The notes under the pieces are model-generated. The model searched no databases, had not been told where the DNA came from, and saw only the letters and a program-made list of their open reading frames with translations. DNA of 47,796 bases from assembly GCA_018260275.1 (NCBI GenBank), contig JAGLBK010000001.1:1-47796 (forward strand), written 5' to 3'. The translations under genes were made by a program, and so were the position numbers. Origin of the DNA: Deinococcus sp. Its GTDB lineage: Bacteria > Deinococcota > Deinococci > Deinococcales > Deinococcaceae. Positions 31,028 through 41,712 of this stretch are shown here, piece after piece (positions within the stretch are counted from its first letter, which is position 1; the number at the start of each line of letters is the position of its first letter).

Positions 31028-32725
31028 TTATCTTCCCTTAGGTGCATAGCCATAGCTATAAACATAAGAGCGATTTTCTCCTACAGAAACCTTATTGAGG
31101 ATAAATCCCAGTACATTCAGGTGGCTGCCCTCAGCTCTGCGCAAACTCTGCCGAATAGCTTGCAAGGAGGTCTTTCCCTCTTCAACAACCAACAAAGCAG
31201 CGTCAGCCGCTCGCCCAAGCAATAAGCCATCCGCAAGCGCCAACAATGGCGGACTATCGATCAACATCACATCGTAGTTCTGTCCCCAGAGATCAAAACA
31301 AGCCTTGAGATCAGCACGGTTAAGCACACCCAAACTATCCTGTATCCCAGGACCTGCGGGCAAAACATGAACGCCTGGTTCGACCTGCATCACCTGAACC
31401 TGCATGGGGTTAAGGAAGGCTTCTTGCAAGGTACGGGCACCACCTTCACCACTCAGTTGCACCCAGTCATGGGATTTCTCGTACTTATCCCATACTTCCT
31501 GCTGGGTTCCACGCCGCATATCAGCATCGATAATTAACACTCTCTGCCCACTGGAAGCCAGGCCGTCAGCTAACGCAGCCGTAAGACTACTTTTCCCTTC
31601 TCCAGGGGCAGTAGATGAAATCATCACCTTATGGGCTCTTCCCGAGCTGTTGCCCAATCTAGATAATAGATTTACCCGCAAAAAACCAATCGATTCGTAC
31701 AGACCAGCCTGACGCGCCGCCCGAACAATGCCATTGAAAACGACATCGCGCTTACGCAACTGCGGAATGGTACCGAGCGTCGGTAGGCCAAAGTTAAGAA
31801 GGTCATCCTCGTTGCGGGCAGTACGATCAGTCACGGTACGGAGAGCAGCAACTCCCATCCCTAGCAAAAGGGTCAGTAGACCAGCCAAAATGCCATTGCG
31901 TACTGGCTTGGGAGCGACAGGACTGAGTGGAGTTACGGCTGGCGAAACCATTTCCAGAGATCCTGTAATCCCTTCTTGCTGAATCCCAGCCTGTGCCAGG
32001 TTTCGCTGGGCTGTAGCACGCGCAGCCACGAGGGTCTGATGCTCAAGATCGTTGGGTTGCCCGTCATGCAACTGACGATCAATCTCTTTCAACTGCGCTG
32101 TCAAAGCCTTTTGAGCCCTTTCCACACCACTCAACGCACGGCCACGGTCCCAGTTCAGCAGCGTCTGGGCAGCCAAATCTGCCAGGTGTGAAGCCGAAAC
32201 GGGGGTTGGCCCCTTTGCAGTTACGGTATAAATACCGTTACCACCCAGATCCAACTTGGCAGACAGCGCCAGGGTCTTAAGTTTCTGCATTTGCAATTCC
32301 GTTTGCAGATTCTTACTGAGGAGCTGACGCTCCGCTGGCCCCAGAGTGCTATCCGCTTTAACCTGCTGGATAATTTCGCCCAAAACTGTAGGCCCCTGGA
32401 GAGCCTGTTGCAGCGCACCCTGCGGCAATGGGGAAGCTGTCACAAGTGTATTTTGCAGACTGTTGAGATTGGAGTTGTTGGTGGTCACCAGACTGGAGGA
32501 AGCTTCAAAGACAGGCGGTTGCGACTTCGACCAGAGATAAGTCAAGCCACTCACAGCAGCAGAAGTGAGGAGCAGGGCAGGCAGATAACGCCGAATACCG
32601 TCCCAGAGCACCGAAAGCTCGATCTCCCCACTCTGCTGCTGACTGCCGCGCTCTGCGCCACTGCGTTCAACCGACTGAAGTGCAGGAGAAGTCGGCAAAT
32701 CATCAAAGGGAGAACGCACACTCAT
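31028..32725 (-). CDS. Wzc-like polysaccharide co-polymerase / BY-kinase
   Basis: Wzz N-terminus, PVAPKP before second TM, Walker [21 protein letters not shown]-terminal Tyr cluster SYVYSYGY; GGAGG before ATG 32725. Confidence 0.88.
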   Translation of the reverse strand: MSVRSPFDDLPTSPALQSVERSGAERGSQQQSGEIELSVLWDGIRRYLPALLLTSAAVSGLTYLWSKSQPPVFEASSSLVTTNNSNLNSLQNTLVTASPLPQGALQQALQGPTVLGEIIQQVKADSTLGPAERQLLSKNLQTELQMQKLKTLALSAKLDLGGNGIYTVTAKGPTPVSASHLADLAAQTLLNWDRGRALSGVERAQKALTAQLKEIDRQLHDGQPNDLEHQTLVAARATAQRNLAQAGIQQEGITGSLEMVSPAVTPLSPVAPKPVRNGILAGLLTLLLGMGVAALRTVTDRTARNEDDLLNFGLPTLGTIPQLRKRDVVFNGIVRAARQAGLYESIGFLRVNLLSRLGNSSGRAHKVMISSTAPGEGKSSLTAALADGLASSGQRVLIIDADMRRGTQQEVWDKYEKSHDWVQLSGEGGARTLQEAFLNPMQVQVMQVEPGVHVLPAGPGIQDSLGVLNRADLKACFDLWGQNYDVMLIDSPPLLALADGLLLGRAADAALLVVEEGKTSLQAIRQSLRRAEGSHLNVLGFILNKVSVGENRSYVYSYGYAPKGR

Positions 32726-33151
32726 AAACTGCCTCCAGCCCACGAAATCACCCGGTGAGTCATGGACATCATACAACCCACCGTAATGCCGGAAGAATCG
32801 TCACCCTTCCAAGAGGAGGACGCAGAGTCTCACCACAGACAGCAATCGTCAGCGCGACACCAAATCGTGAGTCAGGATGAGTAGACACTGTAAACAGCAT
32901 ATCTCCTAAGAAAGCACAAAATCAGCTCTCTGTAACGGTTCACTTAAGAAAAAATCAGCAACATGAGTCCTGAGCAGAGTTGAGAACTGTGCTGGCGCAG
33001 GTTATCGCCATTTCCACTGTCACCCTCACTGAGCAGCCCGACAACGTAAGCCGAGCGTTTCGGCGCACCAGCATCAGGTTCAAGCCAACTTCGAAATTCG
33101 TAAAGCTGCGTCAGGTAGGCCTGAGGGTAGGGTTGCTAGACTTGCATGGAT

Positions 33152-34570
33152 ATGCCCATCAAGTTCGGAACAGACGGCTGGCGCGACACCATCGCCGAAG
33201 ACTTCACCTACGAAAATATCCGGACCGTGGCCCAGGCCCATGCTCAGGCCCTGCGGCAAGGTGGCGGCAAGCTGGTTATCGTCGGGTATGACACCCGCTT
33301 TCAGGGTAAAGGTTTCGCCGAAGTCGTAGCGCAGGTCATGGCCGAGCAGGGCCTCGACGTGCGGCTTGCTCAGGACTATCTGCCGACCCCGGCCCTGTCT
33401 TTTGCGGTAGTACACCACCACGCAGCGGGTGGGGTCATGATCACAGCCTCGCACAACCCGCCCCAGTACAGCGGATACAAGATCAAGGGCAGCTACGGCG
33501 GCAGCGCGACGCCCGCCACCGTCAAACTCATCGAGCAGGCGCTGGGGACTCCGGAAAGGTACACGGGTCCACGCGGAGAGGTCAAACCCTTCGACATCCG
33601 TGAGGCCTATTACGCTCAGCTGGACGCACAACTTGATCTGAACACCATGCGGGCCTACCAGGGCAAGGTCATTCACGACGCGATGGGGGGCGCGGCCTGC
33701 GGCTGGCTCACCGGTTATGCCAGGCACGCCGGGCTGAAGTTCGACCTGAGCGAACTGCACGGTAAACCCGATCCGATGTTCTACGGGGTCAACCCTGAAC
33801 CTATTCCGCAGAATCTGGGCGAACTGATGTCACGGCTTGCTACAGAAACGGGGACGGCGCTGGGCGTGATCACCGACGGTGACGCCGACCGGGTCGGAGC
33901 GGTCACCGCTGGCGGCAACTTCTTCAACAGCCACCAGATTTTTGCTGTGCTGCTCAAGCACCTGCACGGGCGTGGGGTACGCGGCCGGGTCGTCAAAACC
34001 GTGTCGGGCAGCAGGGTGATCGAACTGCTGAGCCAGAAGCTGGGGCTCGAACTGCTCGAAACGCCTGTGGGTTTCAAGTACATCACCGACGCCTTTCTGG
34101 AAGGGCAGCAGGATGAAAGCAAGGCCGTCCTGATGGGCGGAGAGGAGTCCGGCGGGCTCTCGTCACGCGGGCACATTCCGGAACGCGACGGGCTTCTCAA
34201 CAGCCTGCTGATGATCGAGGCCATCGCCGCCAGTGGCAAGAGTCTGGATGAACTGTTTGCCGATATTGAAGCCGAGGTGGGCTTCAAGCACCACTACGAC
34301 AGAAACGACCTGCATCTGAGCGACCGCTTCGACAAGGACCGTCTGCTGTCCGAAGCAGCACAGTACACCGAAGTAGCCGGGCAACCGGTCGAAGGCATTA
34401 ATAAGCGCGACGGAGTCAAACTGACCCTTAGCGGCGGCTCGTCGGTGATGTTCAGGGCGTCGGGGACGGAGCCGGTGGTGCGCGTCTACGTCGAAGCCCA
34501 GACCCCCCAAGAGGTCAAGGCTGTGCTCGACGAAGCGACCAGCCGGGTCAAAGCCCTCGACCAGCACTGA
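33152..34570 (+). CDS. Phosphoglucomutase/phosphomannomutase
   Basis: FGTDGWR, TASHNP, DGDADR, GGEESGG, RASGTEP; start 33146 or 33152. Confidence 0.95.
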   Translation: MPIKFGTDGWRDTIAEDFTYENIRTVAQAHAQALRQGGGKLVIVGYDTRFQGKGFAEVVAQVMAEQGLDVRLAQDYLPTPALSFAVVHHHAAGGVMITASHNPPQYSGYKIKGSYGGSATPATVKLIEQALGTPERYTGPRGEVKPFDIREAYYAQLDAQLDLNTMRAYQGKVIHDAMGGAACGWLTGYARHAGLKFDLSELHGKPDPMFYGVNPEPIPQNLGELMSRLATETGTALGVITDGDADRVGAVTAGGNFFNSHQIFAVLLKHLHGRGVRGRVVKTVSGSRVIELLSQKLGLELLETPVGFKYITDAFLEGQQDESKAVLMGGEESGGLSSRGHIPERDGLLNSLLMIEAIAASGKSLDELFADIEAEVGFKHHYDRNDLHLSDRFDKDRLLSEAAQYTEVAGQPVEGINKRDGVKLTLSGGSSVMFRASGTEPVVRVYVEAQTPQEVKAVLDEATSRVKALDQH

Positions 34571-34600
34571 ATCCAGGGGCAAAGACCAAAAGAAAAGAGA

Positions 34601-34628
34601 GGAGCGCCGCAAACAGCTCAGGCGCTCC
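34601..34628. terminator. Stem-loop between convergent genes
   Basis: GGAGCGCC / GGCGCTCC 8-bp stem with A-rich left flank. Confidence 0.45.
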
Positions 34629-34644
34629 AAGCAAGGTTGCATTT

Positions 34645-35796
34645 TTAAGGTTTAGGCTGCTGGTTCTCTGGATAAGGCACCCGCAAAAAGCGTTCTGGAA
34701 TTTCCCAGACGACCACTTTGGGCGGATTGTCCTGGCGGTCTTTCCCTTTCAGGTATTCCCGCATAGGCACGACTGGCCCCTTACCGGCCTGAGCAGCGTT
34801 GAGCACTTCCGCGCCCAGCGCACGGCTCAGCGCTCCGCCAAAATGCCAGACGTTCTCCGCCGTTTCGGCGCTGTAGCTCGTTCCCACCAGGGTCACCGCC
34901 AGGCTGTCGCCACCCAGCAGGCCGCCGCCGCCCGCATCCGTCCGGGCATAGGTCAGTTCCTGCACCTGATCGGGCGCCGGGCCACCCCCGTCGGGCACGG
35001 GCACATAGCGGAGCAGGTCCCCCTTGCGGGCCGTCACAGGCTTCTGGGAAGCGGCGTAGGTGGCGGCGGGCAGATCGGGGGCCAGCCCCCTGACGACCGG
35101 AGCCAGCGTCTGAGCAGCCACGACCGCCCCGAACGGGGTCCAGTGGGTGTCGGTGTGCAAAAAGACCTCGTTCGAGGGTTTCCTGGCCTGCCGGAACGCA
35201 GCTTCAAGGTCAGGCGCCGGGATTCCGGCCCGCACCAGTTCCTGCCGGAAATCCTGGTAGACCGGCTGCCAGACTGCCGGTTGCCGCGTGCTTCCCAGTT
35301 CATCGGCGTAGATCCGGGTCTTGGCCGGAATCAGGGCGACTACCAGCCTGGCCCCGCTTTTTGCCAGTTCATCCCTGACCTGGCGGATATAGGTCAGCTT
35401 ACCTGCGATTTCCGCCGCGTCTGCGGGAGCCGTCTGGAATTCCTCGGTGGTAAAGAGCCAGCCGTTTTGCCCGATGACGGCGCCGTCACGCGCCTCACCG
35501 AACAGGCGGTAATTCAGCCCACCCCACAGATCGACGCTGGGGGGACGCCAGGGCACGTTGGCATCCAGATTCTTCTTCTCGAATTCGGCCTGCGCCTCAC
35601 CGGTAATAAGCGACTTGCCGGTCGGCCAGCTACGTACCGTCGACTGGGTCAGCACAGAGACCGCCCCGAGACCGACGACGGCCAGCAGGAAAACGGTGGG
35701 CAGCCAGTGCAGCAGCGTGGGCGTCTGGTGGTTGTCGATATTGTCTTTCAGGCCATCCGGTTTGACGAGATGGGCGTGTTCTTCTGCTCTGGTCAC
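34645..35796 (-). CDS. algJ: AlgJ/AlgX-like SGNH O-acetyltransferase
   Basis: N-terminal TM, GWLF, IPAK, DTHWT, GTSYS, WEIPER. Confidence 0.85.
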   Translation of the reverse strand: MTRAEEHAHLVKPDGLKDNIDNHQTPTLLHWLPTVFLLAVVGLGAVSVLTQSTVRSWPTGKSLITGEAQAEFEKKNLDANVPWRPPSVDLWGGLNYRLFGEARDGAVIGQNGWLFTTEEFQTAPADAAEIAGKLTYIRQVRDELAKSGARLVVALIPAKTRIYADELGSTRQPAVWQPVYQDFRQELVRAGIPAPDLEAAFRQARKPSNEVFLHTDTHWTPFGAVVAAQTLAPVVRGLAPDLPAATYAASQKPVTARKGDLLRYVPVPDGGGPAPDQVQELTYARTDAGGGGLLGGDSLAVTLVGTSYSAETAENVWHFGGALSRALGAEVLNAAQAGKGPVVPMREYLKGKDRQDNPPKVVVWEIPERFLRVPYPENQQPKP

Positions 35797-35805
35797 GTCA
35801 TCACC

Positions 35806-37224
35806 TCAGAACTGGAAATACAGGAAGGGCGTGTAGGACTGAGCGCTCAGTTTCATGATCGCCAGGACGAACAGGGGCAGCAGCAGCACTGTCGCGGCCA
35901 CCACCGGGCCGGGGCGCAGCAGCTTACCGCCCACGTCGCCCATACGGGTGCCCCACCACGGCGCGATGTAGACCACCAGCGCCGCCAGCAGCATGGTCCA
36001 CAGCACGCTGGGCTTGACCTGCCACGCCAGCGTGTAGCTCAGGCCAAAGCCGTTGAGGCCCAGCATTCCCTTGTACATCCGAAAGGCGTCCTGAACATGG
36101 TCGGCGCGGAACATGACCCAGCCGACGATGACCAGCAGCATGGTGCCCGGAATAGTCAGCCAGGCAGCCATCTTGGCCCGGCCCTGCTCCTTGAGCTTGA
36201 GTTCGATCGCCAGAATAGTGCCGTGCCAGAGGCCCCAGAGCACGAAGGTCCAGTTGGCCCCATGCCAGAGGCCGCCCAGCACCATGGTGATCCACTTGTT
36301 GAAATAGGTCCGCGCCACGCCACGGCGGTTGCCCCCCAGACTGATGTAGAGGTACTGCGTGAGCCAGCCGCTGAGTGACATGTGCCAGCGCCGCCAGAAC
36401 TCGGTGATGCTCTGACTGATGTACGGGTGGTTAAAGTTTTCCGGGAACTTGAAGCCCATCATGGCCGCCAGCCCGATCGCCATATCCGAGTAACCGCTGA
36501 AATCGAAATACAGCTGCAAGGTGTAGGCGATGGCCCCCAGCCAGGAATCGACGAAAGTCGGGCTGGACTGGTGAAACGTGGCCGTAACCAGCGGCGCGAT
36601 GGTGTCGGCCAGCAGCACCTTCTTGGCAAAGCCGGTCATGAAGCGTGTGGCCCCATAACTGAATTTCTCGATGGTATGCGTGCGGTTGCGGAACTGATCG
36701 GCCAGCAGGTTGTACTTCAGCACTGGCCCGGCGATCAGGTGCGGAAAGAGGGCGATGAACGCCGCGAAATCCAGCGGGTTATGGGTCGGTGGTTCCTCGC
36801 GGCGGTACACGTCGACGATATACGAAATCGCGTGGAAGACGAAAAAAGACAGCCCGATAGGCAGCAGAATCGGTGTCCAGGCAAAGGGATGAAAGCCGAA
36901 CGTCTGGGTAATGGCGTTAAAACTCTCGATGCCAAAGTTGGCGTACTTGAAGTAGGCCAGTGCCCCCAGCATCAGCACGATGGCCGAAGTCAGGGTCCAG
37001 CGGCGGACACTCCCATCGGGCTGTTTATCCAGCACCAGACCGTAGACATAGGCGGCGGCCGTGACCGCGACCAGCAGCCAGAGAAAATCGATCCTCCACC
37101 AGGAATACAGCGCGTAACTCCCGGCCAGAATCCACGCGCTGCGGGCCTTGAAAGGCAGCAGATAGTAGACCAGCAAAAAGAGCGGGAGAAACAGAAACAG
37201 GAAGACATTAGAGCTGAAGACCAT
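35806..37224 (-). CDS. algI: AlgI-like MBOAT membrane O-acetyltransferase
   Basis: MVFSSNVFLFLFLP, LPIGLSF, QLYFDFSGYSDMA, EFWRRWHMSL, GLWHG. Confidence 0.92.
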   Translation of the reverse strand: MVFSSNVFLFLFLPLFLLVYYLLPFKARSAWILAGSYALYSWWRIDFLWLLVAVTAAAYVYGLVLDKQPDGSVRRWTLTSAIVLMLGALAYFKYANFGIESFNAITQTFGFHPFAWTPILLPIGLSFFVFHAISYIVDVYRREEPPTHNPLDFAAFIALFPHLIAGPVLKYNLLADQFRNRTHTIEKFSYGATRFMTGFAKKVLLADTIAPLVTATFHQSSPTFVDSWLGAIAYTLQLYFDFSGYSDMAIGLAAMMGFKFPENFNHPYISQSITEFWRRWHMSLSGWLTQYLYISLGGNRRGVARTYFNKWITMVLGGLWHGANWTFVLWGLWHGTILAIELKLKEQGRAKMAAWLTIPGTMLLVIVGWVMFRADHVQDAFRMYKGMLGLNGFGLSYTLAWQVKPSVLWTMLLAALVVYIAPWWGTRMGDVGGKLLRPGPVVAATVLLLPLFVLAIMKLSAQSYTPFLYFQF

Positions 37225-37237
37225 GCTTCAGCAGCCT

Positions 37238-37831
37238 TCAGTTGGTCTTGGTCGAGCTTTGAGTGACGGTCATGCCCGTATCGCTCACGACCAGGGCGTA
37301 GGCGTTGCCGCGTTCCAACTTGACCCCTTTGACCGTACCGACGGCCTTGGGTCCAGCGAAAGCAGAGAGATCGACGGTAATCCCGTTGACGGCGCGGCTG
37401 CCGCTGCTGCCAGGCTTGACACCCGTAACCACGGTGGTCTTGCCGTCAGCCGTCTTGAGGTCAATGCTGGCATTCTTGCTGAGGTTGTACACCGTCAGAA
37501 CGGCCTTGGCACGGTTCTCGGCTCCCTGATCGGTCAGCAGCACGACTTTCCCGCCACTGACGACTGCCGTATAGAATTTGCCCGCTTCGACCTTCAGCTT
37601 TGCCGTGGCAGTGCCGATCTTGGCCGTCACGTCGCCCTGCGGCACCACCACGTAGGCACTGGCTTTTCCGGCCTCACTCGTGACCGCCTTGGTGCCCAGC
37701 GTCGCCGCGGGCGCATTGACGACCCGGACGAACGCACTGTTGGCAGGCGGCGCCGGAGCGTACAGGCCGGTATCCTGCGCGGAGGCAGCCGAAAGAACGA
37801 TGAACAGCAGAGAGAAGGTGATTTTCTTCAT
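37238..37831 (-). CDS. algF: AlgF-like periplasmic acetylation protein
   Basis: Signal peptide, LYAPAPPANSAFVRVVN, VYNLS, LKTADGKT, RAVN, LERG; first gene of algF-I-J. Confidence 0.85.
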   Translation of the reverse strand: MKKITFSLLFIVLSAASAQDTGLYAPAPPANSAFVRVVNAPAATLGTKAVTSEAGKASAYVVVPQGDVTAKIGTATAKLKVEAGKFYTAVVSGGKVVLLTDQGAENRAKAVLTVYNLSKNASIDLKTADGKTTVVTGVKPGSSGSRAVNGITVDLSAFAGPKAVGTVKGVKLERGNAYALVVSDTGMTVTQSSTKTN

Positions 37832-38067
37832 AGCTCTACTTTAACCAATCAAGCTGACGCGCGGCTTTACCGTCACTCGCTTTACCCCCAGAGCGCAGAC
37901 ACGACCAGACATAAAAGGCCGCCTGGCAACGGCCAACTTCCATTCCTTCTTTCCCCAGCTGGTCAACCGGGACAGGCCACAGCCCACCTTGAACACCCAG
38001 GATTTAAAAGCGGAGTTTCATACTTGACTTAACTGAAAGATTTATGGTCCAGGTCAGGGAGGAGGGC

Positions 38068-39270
38068 ATGACAGAACTTCAGAGCAGCAGCGCCGGAATC
38101 CCGGTGGCGGTCCCTGGGCCAGAGAAAGTTCCCGTGCCAGAACAAGTCGCTGGACCAGTAGCAACGGCCACCCAGACGCCGACAAGGGCAGCACACGCGC
38201 CCCGGCTGACGGCGCTGGACGCCTGGCGCGGCACCACGGTCATGCTGATGCTGTTGGTCAACAATGTGGCGCTCGGTGAGCATACCCCGGCCCAGCTGAC
38301 CCACGCCGAATTCGGCGGCCTGACGCTGACCGACATGGTGTTTCCCTGGTTCTTGTTCTGTGCCGGGGCCGCCCTTCCTTACTCGCAGGCCGCCATGGAG
38401 CGGGCCGGAATCAGCGGACAGCCTTTTTACCGCCGCCTGATTCAGCGGGCCGTCACCCTGTATCTGGTCGGCGCCTTTGTAACCAGCGCCACCGAGCACC
38501 GCCTGACGCTGGGGCTGGGCGTGCTGCAACTGATCGCGCTGTCCACCTTTTTTGGGGCGCTGCTGGCCCACCTGAGATCTACACTTCAGCTGGGCGTCGC
38601 CGCCACGCTGCTTCTCGGCTACGCGGGATTCCTGGCATTCGGGGCACACGGCGGCGTAGGCATTATCAGCCAAACCGTCAACGCGGTGCAGGCCATCAAT
38701 GACGCCGTGCTGTCCAGGGTGGGCCTGCGTGGGCTGCTGTCGGTGATTCCCACCACCGCCCTGGTCGTCTTTGGCAGTCTGGCAGCGCGTCCGCTTCAGC
38801 GTAAAGACCCCCAGGCGTGGCAAAAGCTGCTGGCGCTCGGCTCGGCCCTGGCGCTGCTCGGCTATGGCTGGGCCGCCGGGGGCCACATTCCGTTCAGCAA
38901 GGCCCTGTGGACCCCGCCTTACATCCTGTACAGCGCCGGGCTGGGCATTCTGGGCATTCTGGCCTACTGGTGGCTGGCCGACTCGGGGCGGGTCGGCTGG
39001 GGGACCAAGCTACTGGCACCGCTGACCATTCCAGGCCGCAATGCGCTGGCGGGCTACGTCATTCCTATCCTGCTCAAGGTCTGGATTCTGAACGTCTGGC
39101 AGGTCCACTGGACCGGCAAAAATGCTTCGATTGCGGCTTCATTACTCGAACTGGCCCGCCGCGCCTTCGGGGCCGTCGGGGGCGGCTGGACTTACACTTT
39201 AGGCTACGTCCTGGCCGTGTGGCTGGGGCTGGCCTGGATGGCACGCCGGGGACTGATCTGGAAGCTCTAG
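38068..39270 (+). CDS. Heparan-alpha-glucosaminide N-acetyltransferase (HGSNAT/NagX)-like membrane protein
   Basis: [15 protein letters not shown]...[29 protein letters not shown]; GGAGGAGG before ATG 38068. Confidence 0.82.
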   Translation: MTELQSSSAGIPVAVPGPEKVPVPEQVAGPVATATQTPTRAAHAPRLTALDAWRGTTVMLMLLVNNVALGEHTPAQLTHAEFGGLTLTDMVFPWFLFCAGAALPYSQAAMERAGISGQPFYRRLIQRAVTLYLVGAFVTSATEHRLTLGLGVLQLIALSTFFGALLAHLRSTLQLGVAATLLLGYAGFLAFGAHGGVGIISQTVNAVQAINDAVLSRVGLRGLLSVIPTTALVVFGSLAARPLQRKDPQAWQKLLALGSALALLGYGWAAGGHIPFSKALWTPPYILYSAGLGILGILAYWWLADSGRVGWGTKLLAPLTIPGRNALAGYVIPILLKVWILNVWQVHWTGKNASIAASLLELARRAFGAVGGGWTYTLGYVLAVWLGLAWMARRGLIWKL

Positions 39271-39349
39271 CACTGGCCCCCGACCGACACGTCCCTTTTG
39301 CTGCAAGCCGACCAGTCCCTCCTACTTTACTTCTACAACGAGGCTCACC

Positions 39350-40384
39350 ATGTTGAAAAAAATGTTCCTGCTGCTTCCCCTGCTCGTTTCGCAAAGCGCC
39401 CTGGCCCAGGGCATCACCCCCGCCGACGTGAGCTACGGCGGAGACAATGTCCGTGCTCTGGCCGCCGAATCCTACAAGCTGGCCGGACTCAGCGGCGATT
39501 TCACGACCTGGCTGGCCGACGCCTATGCCAAAGCGGGCGTGCCCCTCTCAGGCGGCAAGACCCTCGACGAGGCGCTCAGTGCCCGCAAAGCGGAGCTGGC
39601 CGACGCCAAGACCCCCGCTGAAAAAGACCAGCTGGCCCGCGACACCGGGGCCTGGGCACACAAATTCATCAAGAAGGTGGTGCCCAAATTCAGCCTGGAA
39701 CGCGGTTACGAATTTGCCAGCATCGTCAAGACCGGCGAGCGCCAGTGCCTGCTTCAGAGCACCGTGATCGCCGGGCTGCTCCAGAAGGCGGGCCTCGACT
39801 CGGGGCTGGTCATGGTCTGGAAAAGCATGTCGGGGCAGGAAAGCAATCTGGGGCACGTGACCAGCGTGCTCCGGCTTCCGAGTGGCGCAGGCGACGTACA
39901 GGTGGACGCCAGCGAGCCGCAGCCCTTTGCCACGCACTCGGGCATTCTGGCCTGGACCGACGGCAACTACCGCTTCATGACGGCCACGTTCGACAAGGAC
40001 AATATGATCACCGGGTATACCCGCGCCGATGGCCGGGGCGAGGTCAAACCAGCGGCCCTGACCTTCCTGAGCCTGAAGTACCTGCGCTCTCAGTACGACT
40101 ATTACCGCGCCGAGCGGGCCACTGGTGGCGTCCTGGGCACCGGTACCGGCCGGTCCAATCCGGCTGGCCTCAAGACCAGCGAAACGTACCTCTTGCGGGC
40201 GCTCCAGACCGAGCCGAAAAATGCCCTGGCCGCCAGTGTGCTGGGCACGGTGCTGCGCAAGGAAGGGCGCAACGCCGAGGCGCAGGCGCAGTACCGCAAG
40301 GCCGCCGTACTGTACGCCGCCGAGGGCCACACGCCGTCCGGCATGCTCGCCAACCTGAACTGGGCCAATGGCAAGGGTCAATAA
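39350..40384 (+). CDS. Secreted hypothetical protein, probable transglutaminase-like fold plus TPR
   Basis: Signal peptide; RQCLLQS, LGHV, QVDAS in Cys-His-Asp order; C-terminal TPR-like helices. Confidence 0.7.
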   Translation: MLKKMFLLLPLLVSQSALAQGITPADVSYGGDNVRALAAESYKLAGLSGDFTTWLADAYAKAGVPLSGGKTLDEALSARKAELADAKTPAEKDQLARDTGAWAHKFIKKVVPKFSLERGYEFASIVKTGERQCLLQSTVIAGLLQKAGLDSGLVMVWKSMSGQESNLGHVTSVLRLPSGAGDVQVDASEPQPFATHSGILAWTDGNYRFMTATFDKDNMITGYTRADGRGEVKPAALTFLSLKYLRSQYDYYRAERATGGVLGTGTGRSNPAGLKTSETYLLRALQTEPKNALAASVLGTVLRKEGRNAEAQAQYRKAAVLYAAEGHTPSGMLANLNWANGKGQ

Positions 40385-41582
40385 AGCGCTCCTGGTTTGC
40401 CTTGGGCTGAGCCTGGGGGCGCTGTCCAGCGGGCAGTCGGTGGCCCAGGCGCGGCCCGTGGCAGGTCCGGCCAGTGTTCCGGCGCTCCCTCCCGGTCAGG
40501 TTCAGCCGGTCGCGCCGGGCACCCGTGCAGCGCGGGCGGTGCCGACCCTGACCCTGTCTCCGGCCATTCCACAGGTCAGGCAGGTGCAGTACCTCGGCAA
40601 CGGGTTTATCGAGGTAGCACACGCCATCGTGACCGTCAACCCCGCCGAGCGCATGAAGTTGCGTGCGCTGGCCCAGCAGGTCGTGGCCGCCACCTTCGCC
40701 GCCAGGCCCAGGCTGAACGAAGTGGACATCAGCATCTATTCGGCGGAAACGTACGCGGGCTTCGGCGGGCCGCTGCCCCTGATGACGGCCAGCGTGCCGC
40801 GCAGCCGTGAACAGGACTTCGACCTCTGGGTCACCGACCGGGTGCCCTATGACCGGGTCTGGGTCAATCCGGGGCATCTGCCCGCCTATGAAGCCCCCGA
40901 CCGGGTGCGCGAGGCGGTCCCCAAAGTCACCCTGGGCCACGAGACGAGTCTGGAAAATCAGGCCCGGCGCGAGGGTGGGCTGCTCGGGGGGCTGCTGTTC
41001 CATAGCAAAAACGCGAGTTCGCCCGTCGCGGCCCTGACCTTCGACGACGCGCCGCACCCCATGTACGAGCCGCTGCTGCTGGACCTGTTGCGGCGGGCGG
41101 GGGTCCGGGCCACCTTTTTTGTCATCGGGCGCAATGCCGCGGCCTACCCGTACTTTATTCGTGACATGACCGAAAGCGGCCACGAGGTCGGCAACCATAC
41201 CTACCATCACCTGCGCCTGCCGCCTCTGACCTCGGTCAAGATGCTCGACGAGATTCAGCAGGCCAACGCCGCCATCGAAAGGATCACCGGGGAACCGGTC
41301 AAATATTTTCGCCCGCCCGGCGGGGAGTACGACGCGCAGGTGCTGGCGGCGGCCCGGGTGCTCGGCCTGACCACCGTATTCTGGACGGACGATCCCGGCG
41401 ACTTTCAGAACCCTGGAGACGCGCTGCTGGAATCGCGGCTGCGGACCAAGCTGCGGCCCGGCGGCATAGTCCTGCTGCACGACAACGCCAGCGAAATGCT
41501 CAGTATTCTGCAAAGTTTTCTGCGCACCGCGCGTTACCGGGGCTTTACCCTGACCACGGTTGGCGGGCTGCCCAAGTACTGA
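40368..41582 (+). CDS. Exported polysaccharide deacetylase (CE4/NodB) with extra N-terminal domain
   Basis: TFDDAP, ATFFVIG, HTYHH, FRPPGG, VLLHD; signal peptide. Confidence 0.88.
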   Translation: MARVNKALLVCLGLSLGALSSGQSVAQARPVAGPASVPALPPGQVQPVAPGTRAARAVPTLTLSPAIPQVRQVQYLGNGFIEVAHAIVTVNPAERMKLRALAQQVVAATFAARPRLNEVDISIYSAETYAGFGGPLPLMTASVPRSREQDFDLWVTDRVPYDRVWVNPGHLPAYEAPDRVREAVPKVTLGHETSLENQARREGGLLGGLLFHSKNASSPVAALTFDDAPHPMYEPLLLDLLRRAGVRATFFVIGRNAAAYPYFIRDMTESGHEVGNHTYHHLRLPPLTSVKMLDEIQQANAAIERITGEPVKYFRPPGGEYDAQVLAAARVLGLTTVFWTDDPGDFQNPGDALLESRLRTKLRPGGIVLLHDNASEMLSILQSFLRTARYRGFTLTTVGGLPKY

Positions 41583-41585
41583 CTC

Positions 41586-41677
41586 TAGGACCCTCCCCTC
41601 GCGGCTGGCCCTGACGGTCGATATTCATAGTACGTACCCCTCTATTTAGGACCCTCCCCTCGCGGCTGGCCCTGACG
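41586..41677. repeat. Two exact 31-bp direct repeats separated by 30 bp
   Basis: TAGGACCCTCCCCTCGCGGCTGGCCCTGACG at 41586-41616 and 41647-41677. Confidence 0.9.
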
Positions 41678-41712
41678 CTCAGCGAACATTCAACTTTTAC
41701 GTTAAGGGCCAG

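Noticed and set aside
32980-33291. 103-aa ORF upstream of the phosphomannomutase
   Set aside because: Overlaps that gene out of frame; TTG start, no motifs
34645-37831. Interpreting algFIJ as alginate biosynthesis
   Set aside because: No algD, alg8, alg44, algE or algG in the window; substrate unknown
41586-41677. Calling the 31-bp repeat pair a CRISPR array
   Set aside because: Two repeats only, no canonical hairpin, no leader, no cas; kept as a repeat
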